DNA of 52,351 nt from Sulfurimonas sp. (lineage in GTDB: Bacteria > Campylobacterota > Campylobacteria > Campylobacterales > Sulfurimonadaceae), in contig JALTUB010000068.1 in assembly GCA_027047745.1 (NCBI GenBank), positions 1 through 52,351 of the forward strand, in the 5' to 3' direction. The position numbers and the translations under genes are program-made. A model generated the notes under the pieces. The model ran no database searches. It had not been told where the DNA came from and saw only the letters and a list, made by a program, of their open reading frames with translations. Of this stretch, positions 39,289-49,607 are shown one piece after another; the stretch's first letter is position 1, and each line of letters opens with the position of its first letter.

Positions 39289-39666
39289 TGGTGGAGACGT
39301 GCGGGATCGAACCGCAGTCCTAAAACTAACTATCTATGACTTCTACATGCTTAGAGAAGTTGTTAATGTTTAATTTTGCTTCACACAACTTGCAAAGCTA
39401 CACAAAACGAGCCTCAAGGATTTGTATAAAGCTGAGACAGACTTTATATATATCTGCATAGGGGTTATACTTCAAGTCCTACTTATCCAGAGTCCATAGG
39501 TGAAGCAGCCCGTCCTCGTTACGAGGGGGTAAGACTTACGCTACTGCGTAAGCTGGGCGATAATTTGTGTTGTTTGCGTTTAAGCAATTGTGAGCCGTGT
39601 AACGGAGTTGCTCAGTCCGACATGCAATCATAGACTATCAGCTCCAGTCGAAGCCAAGTCGTCCCC
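39289..39666 (-). ncRNA. ssrA: transfer-messenger RNA; tag peptide (A)ANNTNYRPAYAVA at 39577-39536
   Basis: 5' GGGGACGACTTGGCTTCGAC, 3' GGTTCGATCCCGCACGTCTCCACCA, internal tag frame; TGCTATAAT promoter at 39685-39677. Confidence 0.96.
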
Positions 39667-39700
39667 ATAAAATGAATTATAGCAAATTTTTTATAAGTTT

Positions 39701-39805
39701 CTTTCATAAACTATTTTTTCTTTAGGCAAGGCGAAGATAAACGAAGCGAACTTCTGTTCGTGAGTTAATCGACAACGAAGTATAAAGGAAAAAGAGTTAT
39801 GAAAG
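39701..39805. repeat. single ~105-nt palindrome (type-1 module) abutting the tRNA-Phe CCA end
   Basis: CTTTCATAA...TTATGAAAG ends; CAAGGCG (39727) and AACGAAGT (39774) motifs as in 7574/7619. Confidence 0.8.
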
Positions 39806-39881
39806 TGGTGGCCAATCTCGGAATCGAACCAAGGACACACTGATTTTCAGTCAGTTGCTCTACCGACTGAGCTAATTGGCC
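39806..39881 (-). tRNA. tRNA-Phe (GAA)
   Basis: GGCCAATTAGCTCAGTCGGTAGAGCA-CTGA-CTGAAAA-TCAG...GGTTCGATTCC...ATTGGCCACCA, 76 nt. Confidence 0.97.
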
Positions 39882-39916
39882 ACGGTAAATGTTGTAATAT
39901 AAAAATCTTTAAAAGG

Positions 39917-39992
39917 TGGTGGCCAATCTCGGAATCGAACCAAGGACACACTGATTTTCAGTCAGTTGCTCTACCGACTGAGCTAATTGGCC
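39917..39992 (-). tRNA. tRNA-Phe (GAA), identical tandem copy
   Basis: same 76-nt sequence; TATAAT upstream at about 40015-40010. Confidence 0.97.
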
Positions 39993-40094
39993 ATCTTTTA
40001 AAGAGCGAAATTATAGCTTGTATGTACTGAAAGTTAGCTTATGGCACTTATTTTAATGGAATCGACCAATTATTGTAGTATGCTGTCTCAAACA

Positions 40095-41156
40095 TTATCT
40101 TATTTTTAAACTGATAAGTGCAATAATATTTGAGAGAACAGCAATAATCCAAAATCTTACAATAATTTTGTTTTCAGCCCACTGTTTCATCTCAAAATGA
40201 TGGTGGATTGGTGCCATTAAAAAGACTCTTTTTTTACGAAGTTTATAACTTCCAACTTGTAAGATTACAGAGAGTGTTTCTATAACAAAGATAGAACCTA
40301 TAAGAAGTAGTAGGATTTCACTTTTAGATATGATTGCAAGGTAACCTAAAAATGCACCAATAGTCAACGAGCCACTATCTCCCATAAAAACTTCAGCAGG
40401 ATGGCAGTTAAACCATAAAAATCCACTCAAAGCTCCAATAAGAGCACTTGCAATAATAACTACTTCGCCTATTTGAATATTTGGCATGAGAAGATAAGAA
40501 CTTAGCTTTATATTTCCTATAATGTATATGATAATTGAAAAAGTTGAAAGTGCGACGATTGAAGGAACTGTTGCAAGTCCATCAAGCCCATCTGTTAAGT
40601 TTACTGCATTTGATGTCGCTATGATGACAAGTACCCATAAAATTATGGAAAAAATACCCATATCAAAAAGAGGTGTTTTTATAAAAGGAATATATAAATC
40701 AGTGTTAAAATCTGCAAAGAAATATAAAAAACCTGAAACAAGAAGTGCTGAAATTATTTGTAGAGCTAGTTTAGTTCTAGCTTTCAGTCCAGCCAAATTT
40801 TCGTTTTTTTTGATTTTTGCATAATCATCTTGAAAACCAATTAGTGAAAATAAAAATAGAGTTAGTAAAGCACCGAGAGCATAAAGGTTAGTAAATTTTA
40901 TAGTTAGCAGTGAGGCAAAAATTGTTGAGCCGATAAATATAATCCCACCCATGGTTGGTGTAGATACTTTTTCTTTATGTCGCTCTGGCGCCCATTTGTT
41001 TATGGGTTGTACACTTGAAGTTTTTTGTGCCCATCTTATAAACTTTGGAAGTAGGTAAAGAGTTAAAAATAAAGCGATAAAAAATGATATACCAGCTCTA
41101 ATAGTAATATATCCAAGTATGTTTATGTTAAAATATTCGTGAAGAAAATAAAGCAA
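40095..41156 (-). CDS. mraY: phospho-N-acetylmuramoyl-pentapeptide transferase
   Basis: TPTMGG, NAVNLTDGLDGL, FMGDSGS, MAPIHHHFE. Confidence 0.97.
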   Translation of the reverse strand: MLYFLHEYFNINILGYITIRAGISFFIALFLTLYLLPKFIRWAQKTSSVQPINKWAPERHKEKVSTPTMGGIIFIGSTIFASLLTIKFTNLYALGALLTLFLFSLIGFQDDYAKIKKNENLAGLKARTKLALQIISALLVSGFLYFFADFNTDLYIPFIKTPLFDMGIFSIILWVLVIIATSNAVNLTDGLDGLATVPSIVALSTFSIIIYIIGNIKLSSYLLMPNIQIGEVVIIASALIGALSGFLWFNCHPAEVFMGDSGSLTIGAFLGYLAIISKSEILLLLIGSIFVIETLSVILQVGSYKLRKKRVFLMAPIHHHFEMKQWAENKIIVRFWIIAVLSNIIALISLKIR

Positions 41157-41262
41157 TGTATATCCTATAAAATTATTAATAATAAAGTGTGATTATATCA
41201 TAATGGTCATTATTAAATTTATTGTATACTTTTTGCAAATAAATATCTAGGAAGTAAAAAGT

Positions 41263-42738
41263 TTGAATAAAAAAGCAATATTAGTTATCACAGATGGTAT
41301 CGGTTACTCTGCTAAGAGAGAGTTTAATTCTTTTTATAATGCAAGTAAACCAACATACGATAAACTCTTTTTAACCGTTCCTCACTCTTTGATAGACACT
41401 TCTGGACTTAGTGTAGGTTTGCCTGAGGGGCAGATGGGAAACTCTGAAGTAGGGCATATGAGTATTGGTAGTGGCAGGGTTTTATATCAAGATCTAGTTA
41501 AAATATCTTTAGCCTTATCCGAGCATACACTTGAAAAAAATAAAGAGTTACAAAACATTTTAAATGCTTCTGATAGATTACATCTTATAGGTCTCATGAG
41601 TGATGGTGGTGTTCACTCTCATATTGATCATTTTATGGGGATTGCAGATATAGCATCAAAACAAGGAAAAGAAGTCTTTCTTCATCTTATTACTGATGGA
41701 AGAGATGTTTCTCCAACTTCTGCACAAAAATATTTGAAGATAGTAGAAGAACATTGTAGTGAAAATGTAAAAATCGCCACAATTTCTGGTCGTTTTTACT
41801 CTATGGATAGAGATAATAGATGGGAGAGAGTAGAGCGAGGTTTTGATGCTATAGTAAATGCAAAACCAAAAGCAGATTTTAACCCAGCTGGATATATTGG
41901 TCACTCTTACTCGATTGGTGAAACAGATGAGTTTATAGAACCTGTTGCATTTGATGATTATGATGGAGTAAAAGAGGGGGATAGCGTTTTGACTATCAAC
42001 TTTAGAAGTGATAGAATGAGAGAGATGGTTAGTGCTATTGGCTCTGAGGATTTTAATGGTTTTTCTACAAATCATATTAGAGTAAATCTTGCAACTATTA
42101 CAGAGTATGATAAAAGTTTTACATATCCTGTACTTTTTAAAAAAGATACACCAAAAAATACTTTAGCTGAGGTTATATCAAATGCAGGGCTAAAACAACT
42201 TCATACTGCAGAGACAGAAAAATATGCACATGTTACTTTCTTCTTAAATGGAGGGATAGATGAACCATATAGTAATGAAACTAGAGTTTTAATCCCTTCT
42301 CCTGATGTAAAAACATACGATATGCAACCTGAAATGAATTGTGAATCTGTTGGCAAAGCAGTTCTTAGTGCTATGGATGAGAATTATGACTTTATAGTGG
42401 TAAACTTTGCAAATGGAGATATGGTTGGTCATACTGGGGATTTTGAAGCTGCAAAAAAAGCTGTAAGTGCTGTAGATGAGCAACTAGGTAAGATATGGCA
42501 AAAGGCAAAAGATGAAGATTATGCTTTTGTTCTAACTTCAGATCATGGAAATTGTGAAGAGATGAAAGATGACGAGGGTAACACACTTACAAATCATACT
42601 GTAGGAAAAGTCTGGTGTTTTGTAGATGCAGATGGTGTAACTAAGGTTGAAACTGGTGGTTTGAACAATATCGCACCTACAGTTTTAAAACTAATGGGTT
42701 TAGAGATTCCATCTGAGATGGATCATAGTCTATTGTAG
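41263..42738 (+). CDS. gpmI: 2,3-bisphosphoglycerate-independent phosphoglycerate mutase
   Basis: GQMGNSEVGH, DGRD, AETEKYAHVTFF, DMVGHTG, SDHGN. Confidence 0.97.
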   Translation: MNKKAILVITDGIGYSAKREFNSFYNASKPTYDKLFLTVPHSLIDTSGLSVGLPEGQMGNSEVGHMSIGSGRVLYQDLVKISLALSEHTLEKNKELQNILNASDRLHLIGLMSDGGVHSHIDHFMGIADIASKQGKEVFLHLITDGRDVSPTSAQKYLKIVEEHCSENVKIATISGRFYSMDRDNRWERVERGFDAIVNAKPKADFNPAGYIGHSYSIGETDEFIEPVAFDDYDGVKEGDSVLTINFRSDRMREMVSAIGSEDFNGFSTNHIRVNLATITEYDKSFTYPVLFKKDTPKNTLAEVISNAGLKQLHTAETEKYAHVTFFLNGGIDEPYSNETRVLIPSPDVKTYDMQPEMNCESVGKAVLSAMDENYDFIVVNFANGDMVGHTGDFEAAKKAVSAVDEQLGKIWQKAKDEDYAFVLTSDHGNCEEMKDDEGNTLTNHTVGKVWCFVDADGVTKVETGGLNNIAPTVLKLMGLEIPSEMDHSLL

Positions 42739-42785
42739 AAGGCTCTCGCACCTAGGTGCTCTTAAAATTTAAAATGGAGAAATAT

Positions 42786-43532
42786 ATGAAATTTAGTGGT
42801 AAAAATGTTTTAGTAACAGGTTCAAGTCGTGGAATTGGTGCAGAGATTGTAAAAACTTTAGCATCGTTTGGTTTGAAAGTATGGATAAACTATAGAAGTG
42901 GTGCAGTAGAGGCTGACTCTATAAAAGATGAGATTGAAGCAAATGGTGGCAGAGCAGCTGTAATCGGTTTTGATGTTAGTGATGAAGCTGCCTTTGTTGA
43001 TGCGATAAAGACTATAATAGCTAGTGATGGAGAGTTGTCTTACCTTGTTAATAATGCAGGGATAACAAATGATAAACTTGCTCTTCGTATGAAAACAGAA
43101 GATTTTATGTCTGTTATCAATGCAAATCTAACTTCTACATTTATAGGAAGTCGTGAATTTTTTAAAGCAGCAAGAAAGAAAAAGTTTGGTGCTGTTGTAA
43201 ATATCGCTTCTATAGTTGGAGAAACAGGAAATGCAGGGCAAACAAATTACACAGCTAGTAAGGGTGGTGTTATTGCCATGACAAAAAGTTTTGCCATTGA
43301 AGCTGCAACTAGTGGCATAAGATATAATAGTGTTACACCTGGATTTATCGCAACAGAAATGACAAATGTTTTAAGCGATGATGTAAAAGCTGGTATAAAT
43401 TCTAAAATTCCTATGAATAGAATGGGTGAGCCAAGAGAGATAGCAGAAGCTACTGCTTTTTTACTCTCAGACCACGCTAGTTATATAACAGGTGAGACAC
43501 TAAAAGTAAATGGTGGGATGAATATGGCATAA
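42786..43532 (+). CDS. fabG: 3-oxoacyl-ACP reductase
   Basis: TGSSRGIG, NNAGIT, YTASK; start at ATG 42786 (GGAG RBS). Confidence 0.95.
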   Translation: MKFSGKNVLVTGSSRGIGAEIVKTLASFGLKVWINYRSGAVEADSIKDEIEANGGRAAVIGFDVSDEAAFVDAIKTIIASDGELSYLVNNAGITNDKLALRMKTEDFMSVINANLTSTFIGSREFFKAARKKKFGAVVNIASIVGETGNAGQTNYTASKGGVIAMTKSFAIEAATSGIRYNSVTPGFIATEMTNVLSDDVKAGINSKIPMNRMGEPREIAEATAFLLSDHASYITGETLKVNGGMNMA

Positions 43533-43608
43533 TTTTTTATAATTATTCAATTATTTAAGATATGTATGATATAATTTTGAGATTTTAAACTTAAACACAG
43601 GAGCTATA

Positions 43609-43836
43609 ATGGCACTAATAGATGATATTAAAGAAGTAGTTGTAGAACAGTTAAGCGTAGACGCTAATGAAGTAAAAGAAGATGCGAAGTTCGTAGAAGA
43701 TTTAGGTGCAGATAGCCTAGATGTTGTTGAATTAGTAATGGCTCTTGAAGAAAAATTTGACATCGAGATTCCAGATGATGAAGCTGAAAAGATTGCTACT
43801 GTAGCTGATGTAGTAGCTTATGTAGAGAGTAAATAA
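43609..43836 (+). CDS. acpP: acyl carrier protein
   Basis: [14 protein letters not shown]. Confidence 0.98.
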   Translation: MALIDDIKEVVVEQLSVDANEVKEDAKFVEDLGADSLDVVELVMALEEKFDIEIPDDEAEKIATVADVVAYVESK

Positions 43837-43857
43837 GTCGGACATTTGTCTTAAACT

Positions 43858-43877
43858 AGACCTCTTTTTAGGGGTCT
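43858..43877 (+). terminator. hairpin after acpP (partial terminator or stabiliser)
   Basis: AGACCTCT-TTTT-AGGGGTCT. Confidence 0.5.
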
Positions 43878-43946
43878 GATAAATACTTTTTATAGTTAAT
43901 AGTCGTTAATTGTTAAAAGTATTTTATATTTTATGGAGAATAACAA

Positions 43947-45167
43947 ATGAGAAGAGTAGTAGTAACTGGTATTGGAATGATAAACTCTGTTGGTAATGAT
44001 AAAGAGAGTTCTTTTAAAGCAATTTGTGATGGAGAGTGTGGGATAGACACAATTACTATCTTTGATCCAGAAAAATACAGTGTAAAGATTGCTGGTGAAG
44101 TAAAAGATTTTGATCCAACTACTGTTATGGCTCCAAAAGAGGTAAAAAAAGCAGATAGATTTATTCATCTTGGTTTAAAAGCTGCTAAAGAAGCTATGGA
44201 AGATGCCAACTTCGGTGATGCTGATATAGATTATGAAAGATTTGGAGTAAGTGCAGCTTCTGGTATTGGTGGACTTCCTGCTATTGAAAAGAACTCTGTT
44301 ATTATCGAAACTCGTGGACCTAGAAGAATAAGCCCTTTCTTTATCCCTGGTGCTTTAGTAAATATGCTAGGTGGATTTGTTTCAATAGCACATGGAACTA
44401 AGGGTCCAAACACTTCAAGCGTAACTGCTTGTGCTGCTGGAACACACTCAGTGAGTGATGCTTGTAAAACTATCATGTGTAATGGTGCAGAGAGAATGCT
44501 TGTTGTAAGTGCTGAATCTGCTATTACTGGTGCTGGTGTTGGTGGCTTTGCTGCTATGAAAGCCCTTTCAACAAGAAATGATGACCCAAAACACTCTTCT
44601 CGTCCTTTTGACGCAGACCGTGATGGTTTTGTTATGGGTGAAGGAGCTGCTGCTCTTGTACTTGAAGAGTATGAAGTGGCAGTTGCTCGTGGAGCTAGAA
44701 TCTATGGTGAAGTAGTTGGCTTTGGTGAAAGTGGTGATGCAAGTCATATCACAACACCATCTCTTGATGGTCCTCTTCGTGCTATGAAAGCTGCTTATAA
44801 AATGGCAGGTGAGCCAAAACTTGACTATGTGAATGCACATGGAACAAGTACAGCTATCAATGATAAAAATGAAACAATCGCTTTGAAAAACTTACTTGGT
44901 GGTAAAGAGAATTGTCCTCCTATGAGTTCTATTAAAGGTCAGATAGGTCACTGCCTTGGTGCTGCAGGTGGTATAGAAGCAGTAACTTGTTTGATGGCTA
45001 TGAGAGATGGTGTTATCCCTCCAACTATCAACTATGAAACTCCTGATGAAAATTGTGATTTAGATTATGTAACTGAAGGTGTTAGAAAAGCTGATTTGAA
45101 CTATGTTATGAGTAACTCTTTTGGTTTTGGTGGAACTAATGGCGTTATAATCTTCAAAAAAATCTAG
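43947..45167 (+). CDS. fabF: beta-ketoacyl-ACP synthase II
   Basis: TACAAG, NAHGTST, GHCLGAAG, SNSFGFGGTN. Confidence 0.96.
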   Translation: MRRVVVTGIGMINSVGNDKESSFKAICDGECGIDTITIFDPEKYSVKIAGEVKDFDPTTVMAPKEVKKADRFIHLGLKAAKEAMEDANFGDADIDYERFGVSAASGIGGLPAIEKNSVIIETRGPRRISPFFIPGALVNMLGGFVSIAHGTKGPNTSSVTACAAGTHSVSDACKTIMCNGAERMLVVSAESAITGAGVGGFAAMKALSTRNDDPKHSSRPFDADRDGFVMGEGAAALVLEEYEVAVARGARIYGEVVGFGESGDASHITTPSLDGPLRAMKAAYKMAGEPKLDYVNAHGTSTAINDKNETIALKNLLGGKENCPPMSSIKGQIGHCLGAAGGIEAVTCLMAMRDGVIPPTINYETPDENCDLDYVTEGVRKADLNYVMSNSFGFGGTNGVIIFKKI

Positions 45168-45183
45168 TAGATAAGGATCTGAT

Positions 45184-46134
45184 TTGGCTACTTACTTAGA
45201 CTTTGAATATAAAATCAAATTTATTCAAGAAGACATTATTTCTGCACAAGTTCGTCATGATGAGGGTGCAGTAAAAGAGTTGACTGCAAACTTAGATAAA
45301 GCAGTATCTAAAATCTACACTAATTTAACAGATTTTCAAAAGCTTCAATTGGCACGACACTTGGATCGTCCTTATTCTTTAGATTATATCAATCTTATTA
45401 TGCATGATAAATATGAGATTCATGGAGATAGACACTTTAGTGATGATGCTGCTATCCTTTGTTATATGGGATATATTGGCGATGAAAAAGTTATGGTTAT
45501 CGGTGAACAAAAGGGTCGTGGTACTAAAAATAAGATAAAGCGAAACTTTGGTATGCCTCATCCTGAAGGTTATAGAAAAGCACTTCGTGCAGCTAAAATG
45601 GCAGAAAAGTTTAACATTCCTATCGTTATGCTAGTGGATACTCCAGGTGCATATCCAGGAATTGGTGCAGAAGAGAGAAATCAAAGTGAAGCGATCGCAA
45701 GAAACCTTTTAGAATTTGCTGAACTTAAAGTTCCTACCATCTCTATAGTTATAGGTGAAGGTGGTTCTGGTGGTGCTTTAGCTATTGGTGTTGCAGATAA
45801 ATTTGCTATGATGAGATACTCTATTTTTAGTATTATTTCTCCAGAAGGGTGTGCCGCTATTTTATGGAATGACCCTAAAAAAGTTGAAACAGCAACTAAT
45901 GCTTTGAAAATTACAAGTGCTGATCTTTTAGAGTTAAAGCTTATAGATGATGTTATAAATGAGCCATTGATTGGTGCTCATCGTGATAAAGATAGTTCAG
46001 CAAAAGTTTTAAAAGAGTATATCATCAGTAACATAACTACTCTTAAAGATATGAGTTTAGATGATAGAATGAGTGCAAGGTATGCAAAACTAACTGCTCC
46101 AGGTGCTTTTTCAGAAGAAGAACTAAGTAAATAA
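45184..46134 (+). CDS. accA: acetyl-CoA carboxylase carboxyltransferase alpha
   Basis: [30 protein letters not shown]. Confidence 0.97.
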   Translation: MATYLDFEYKIKFIQEDIISAQVRHDEGAVKELTANLDKAVSKIYTNLTDFQKLQLARHLDRPYSLDYINLIMHDKYEIHGDRHFSDDAAILCYMGYIGDEKVMVIGEQKGRGTKNKIKRNFGMPHPEGYRKALRAAKMAEKFNIPIVMLVDTPGAYPGIGAEERNQSEAIARNLLEFAELKVPTISIVIGEGGSGGALAIGVADKFAMMRYSIFSIISPEGCAAILWNDPKKVETATNALKITSADLLELKLIDDVINEPLIGAHRDKDSSAKVLKEYIISNITTLKDMSLDDRMSARYAKLTAPGAFSEEELSK

Positions 46135-46136
46135 AC

Positions 46137-46940
46137 TTACTTCTTTTTCATTTCTTCTTCAAGAAATGGATCAATCTTAGGTCTTTTTAACCTTTTCCCC
46201 TCTTTAGAAAATTTTATCAAGTCCTCTACATTATTTAAACTCTCTTTACAATTTTCCAAAGACTCTAAAAAGAGACCATAAGTTGTCATGACATCACTCA
46301 TAGCTCTGTGATGTGTTGCATTTGGATTGAAGTTAAATGCCTCGTTTAGATAAGAGATAGAGTATTTATATGATACTATAGTCCTCTGTGCAAGTCCAAG
46401 AGAGCAAATACTTCTGTTAAGCAGAGGTTCAAGACCACATATTTTCATACTATCAGAGATATAGTTATAGTCAAACTTTACATCATGAGCAACAAAAATC
46501 GCATCTCCTAAAAACAGTTTAAACTCCATCAAAACACTACTTAGCTCAGGTGCATCTATAGTGTCTTGGGCAGATATACCTGTGAGTTCTACTATTATTG
46601 GATTTATCTCTTTTACAAAAACAAGTGATTCATATCTATCAATGATTTTTGAATTTTTGACCTTGATGGCTGCTATTTCTATGATTTGATGTTTTTCAAG
46701 ATTTGAGCCATTTGCCTCAATATCTACAATACAATACTCAGCATCTTCTATAGGCATAAATTTTGTGTTGAAATAGTAAAGACCTTTTTTTCTGATAATA
46801 TCTAAACCTTGAGCATAGGTTAAGGCTAAAAAAGAGTCTATACTATTGTCTATTTGTGATTTTATGAGTGGAAGAGGGAGTCCTCTAGTCGAGAGTAAAG
46901 AGATACTTTTTTTATTGAGAACAAAATTTTTACTTAGCAT
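46137..46940 (-). CDS. DEDDh 3'-5' exonuclease (DNA polymerase III epsilon-like)
   Basis: VDIEANG, VAHDVKFD, HHRAMSDV. Confidence 0.88.
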   Translation of the reverse strand: MLSKNFVLNKKSISLLSTRGLPLPLIKSQIDNSIDSFLALTYAQGLDIIRKKGLYYFNTKFMPIEDAEYCIVDIEANGSNLEKHQIIEIAAIKVKNSKIIDRYESLVFVKEINPIIVELTGISAQDTIDAPELSSVLMEFKLFLGDAIFVAHDVKFDYNYISDSMKICGLEPLLNRSICSLGLAQRTIVSYKYSISYLNEAFNFNPNATHHRAMSDVMTTYGLFLESLENCKESLNNVEDLIKFSKEGKRLKRPKIDPFLEEEMKKK

Positions 46941-47514
46941 TTAATATAAATTCTTTAACTTTTTTCTCATCTTTTATCCTGAGTTCTTTTTCTACGCCAC
47001 TACTTACATCAACACCATAAAATCCATACTCTTTTAAAGCATTTACATTATCAGGAGTAAGACCACCTGCAAGAATTATTTTTGAACAATCAATCTCTTT
47101 AAACCATTCAATATTTATGCGTTTACCTGAACCACCAAAGACATCACAATATGCGTCAATAAGTCTGTACTCATGAGAGTATTTTAAAATATCATCAGCT
47201 TTTTTTGCTCTGATTACTTTTATATGTGGTGTTTTAAGTGAAGCAGAAAATTCATCTGAAACTTCAAAATGAAGTTGTGCTAAAGTCGCTCCAACTTCAT
47301 GACAGGTTTTATCTATAGTTTTAGCATCTTCATTAACGAAAAGAGCAACTTTTTCTATAAAAGGAGGAAGTGAAGATATTATCTCTTTAGCTTTTTGAGG
47401 AGTTATATATCGTGGAGATTTTTCATAAAACACAAAACCAAGGGCATCTGCTCCTGTGTTTATAGCTATCATTGCATCTTTATAGCTAGTTATACCACAA
47501 ATTTTTATTCTCAT
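46930..47514 (-). CDS. trpF: phosphoribosylanthranilate isomerase
   Basis: IKICGIT, GGSG, LAGGL, VDVSSGVE. Confidence 0.96.
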   Translation of the reverse strand: MRIKICGITSYKDAMIAINTGADALGFVFYEKSPRYITPQKAKEIISSLPPFIEKVALFVNEDAKTIDKTCHEVGATLAQLHFEVSDEFSASLKTPHIKVIRAKKADDILKYSHEYRLIDAYCDVFGGSGKRINIEWFKEIDCSKIILAGGLTPDNVNALKEYGFYGVDVSSGVEKELRIKDEKKVKEFILNAK

Positions 47515-48158
47515 TAGATTTGTAAGCTTTTTATAGCTTTTTGTCTATCTTCATGTTTAAAAACATAACTACCAGCAACAACAACATCTACTCCGACTTC
47601 TTTAAGAGCATGTATATTTTTATCACTTACGCCACCATCTACTTCTATTAGGCAGTTTGGATTTATCTCATTTCTCATGTCATTAAGTCTTTTTGCTTTT
47701 GGTATCACAGAGTCTATAAAAGTTTGCCCACCAAATCCAGGGTTTACACTCATAAGCAAAACCATATCAAGATCTTTTAGTAAAAACTCAACACTCTCGG
47801 GTGGAGTATGAGGATTTAAAACTATGGCAGGTTTTATGCCAAGGGAGCGAATCTTTTGTATAAGTCTATGAGGATGCTTCTCCTCTTCTATATGAAAAGA
47901 TATATATTCTGGTTTGAGTGGAGCAAAAAGTTCAACAAAAAACGAATTGTTTTCTACCATAAGGTGAATATCAAGAGGTTTTGTAGCAACTTTTGCTATG
48001 GCTGATACAACAACAGGTCCTATTGTTAGATTTGGTACAAAATGCCCATCCATCACATCTACATGAACAAAATCACACTCGGCATCACATATCTCTTCTA
48101 CATCTCTGGCAAGGTTTCCAAAGTCAGCCGATAAGACACTAGGAGCTACTTTTATCAT
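47514..48158 (-). CDS. rpe: ribulose-phosphate 3-epimerase
   Basis: HVDVMDGHFVPN, MSVNPGFGGQ, EVDGG. Confidence 0.97.
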   Translation of the reverse strand: MIKVAPSVLSADFGNLARDVEEICDAECDFVHVDVMDGHFVPNLTIGPVVVSAIAKVATKPLDIHLMVENNSFFVELFAPLKPEYISFHIEEEKHPHRLIQKIRSLGIKPAIVLNPHTPPESVEFLLKDLDMVLLMSVNPGFGGQTFIDSVIPKAKRLNDMRNEINPNCLIEVDGGVSDKNIHALKEVGVDVVVAGSYVFKHEDRQKAIKSLQI

Positions 48159-48209
48159 TATATTTCCTCATTTTTAATATGCGAATTATATCAAAAAAAT
48201 ATTAAGTGC

Positions 48210-49607
48210 TTATCTTGTTAAGAAAAATAGAAATTTATCATTTTCAAAAGATAGGTCAACTTGAACACCTTTTTTGTCTCCAACAACATCAAGTAGAGAG
48301 TTTATAGCCTTGTAAGTTCTTGGTAGCGTAATATCAACACTAATACCTCCTTCAAAAAGAAGCGATTTTATCTTACCCCCAACTATATTTACTAATTCTG
48401 CAAGTGTATCGAGTATCATTTCTGTATCATCAGTCTCTTCTCCGATAAGTAACTCACAAGCTTTTTTAGCAATATCTATAGGAAATACAAGTATAACCAT
48501 GCCATCAATATCACCATAAAAACCTATAGAACTTGCTATTTTATTCTCAATGTCGCCATCAATTACTATTTCATCCACTTTAGCAGCATCTTTTACAGCC
48601 TTAGAGTTAGTCATCATCTCAATAGTATTTACAGCAGCTTCGATAAAATTTGGAAGTTCTGAAACTATGTTTTTGTTAATAACACGCTTGTTATTAGCAG
48701 CTGAAGCACTACTCGCACCAAGTTCATCAAGCAGTTCTTTATTTTTTAAAATATCATCCATCTGCTCAAAAAACATGATGCCAGAATCTTCAAGAGTCTC
48801 TTTAAAAGCGATAGGTGTTTTCTCAAATGTAAGTCCTACAAAACAGATAGTTGCATTGTACTCTGCACCAGAAGAAGCTAGTTTTGAAAAGAAATTTAGT
48901 GCATGAACATTCATACTAACAACTTTAAAAGCATCAAATATAAAGAGTCTAAAACCAACATTTAAAGAGTTGTTATGATAAGCAATGTTAAAAGTATTCC
49001 CTATATTTGCATCTAAAAAAGAGGAAACGGTATAAATAATCGCATTCCCAGTAACTCTCGTTGCAACACTTTGCCCCATCTGTCCGATATAAGTGCTGTC
49101 GATAATAACATCATAGGTACTATCATCTTTTGATTTTTTGTTAAATTCTTCTTCAGTTTGAGCGATTATAGGATTGTGTCCATGGTCATGAAGCTCTATT
49201 GCCATAGCTGCTGATTGAGATTTGTCATCACTATAAAGGAGAACATTTTTATTTTGGTTTTTATAACTTGCTGAAAATAAAAAGGCAATTTCTTGAGATC
49301 TAAACAGAGAAAAATTTAGCTCTTTTTTGTAGAATTTTACAATAGCATTAAACTTTTTTTCATCATAATCACAAAAGCCAACTGTGATAGAGTGTTTAGC
49401 CCTTACTTTTGCAAACATTTTTATAAAAGTATCTAGACCATTACGGTTAAAAAAGATAACTTTTCTAAGTGAGACTAAAATCATATCAACATTAAGTTTT
49501 GCAGTAGCTTCAATATCCTCTATACTTAACAGACTCGCACTATTGTTCCCATCTAAAAAACCTTGAGGGCTAAAGATGCCAATACCTTTTTTTACAACTG
49601 CTCTCAT
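48210..49607 (-). CDS. multidomain protein: STAS-like / receiver-like / STAS-like / CheX
   Basis: C-terminal IGFYGDIDG...D.LAELVNIVGG..K...ITLP is the CheX/CheC ExxN motif; two internal FLD...F repeats. Confidence 0.75.
   Translation of the reverse strand: MRAVVKKGIGIFSPQGFLDGNNSASLLSIEDIEATAKLNVDMILVSLRKVIFFNRNGLDTFIKMFAKVRAKHSITVGFCDYDEKKFNAIVKFYKKELNFSLFRSQEIAFLFSASYKNQNKNVLLYSDDKSQSAAMAIELHDHGHNPIIAQTEEEFNKKSKDDSTYDVIIDSTYIGQMGQSVATRVTGNAIIYTVSSFLDANIGNTFNIAYHNNSLNVGFRLFIFDAFKVVSMNVHALNFFSKLASSGAEYNATICFVGLTFEKTPIAFKETLEDSGIMFFEQMDDILKNKELLDELGASSASAANNKRVINKNIVSELPNFIEAAVNTIEMMTNSKAVKDAAKVDEIVIDGDIENKIASSIGFYGDIDGMVILVFPIDIAKKACELLIGEETDDTEMILDTLAELVNIVGGKIKSLLFEGGISVDITLPRTYKAINSLLDVVGDKKGVQVDLSFENDKFLFFLTR

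Noticed and set aside
39241-39300. Prophage or island integrated at the tmRNA 3' end
   Set aside because: No integrase and no duplicated ssrA 3' end seen in the window
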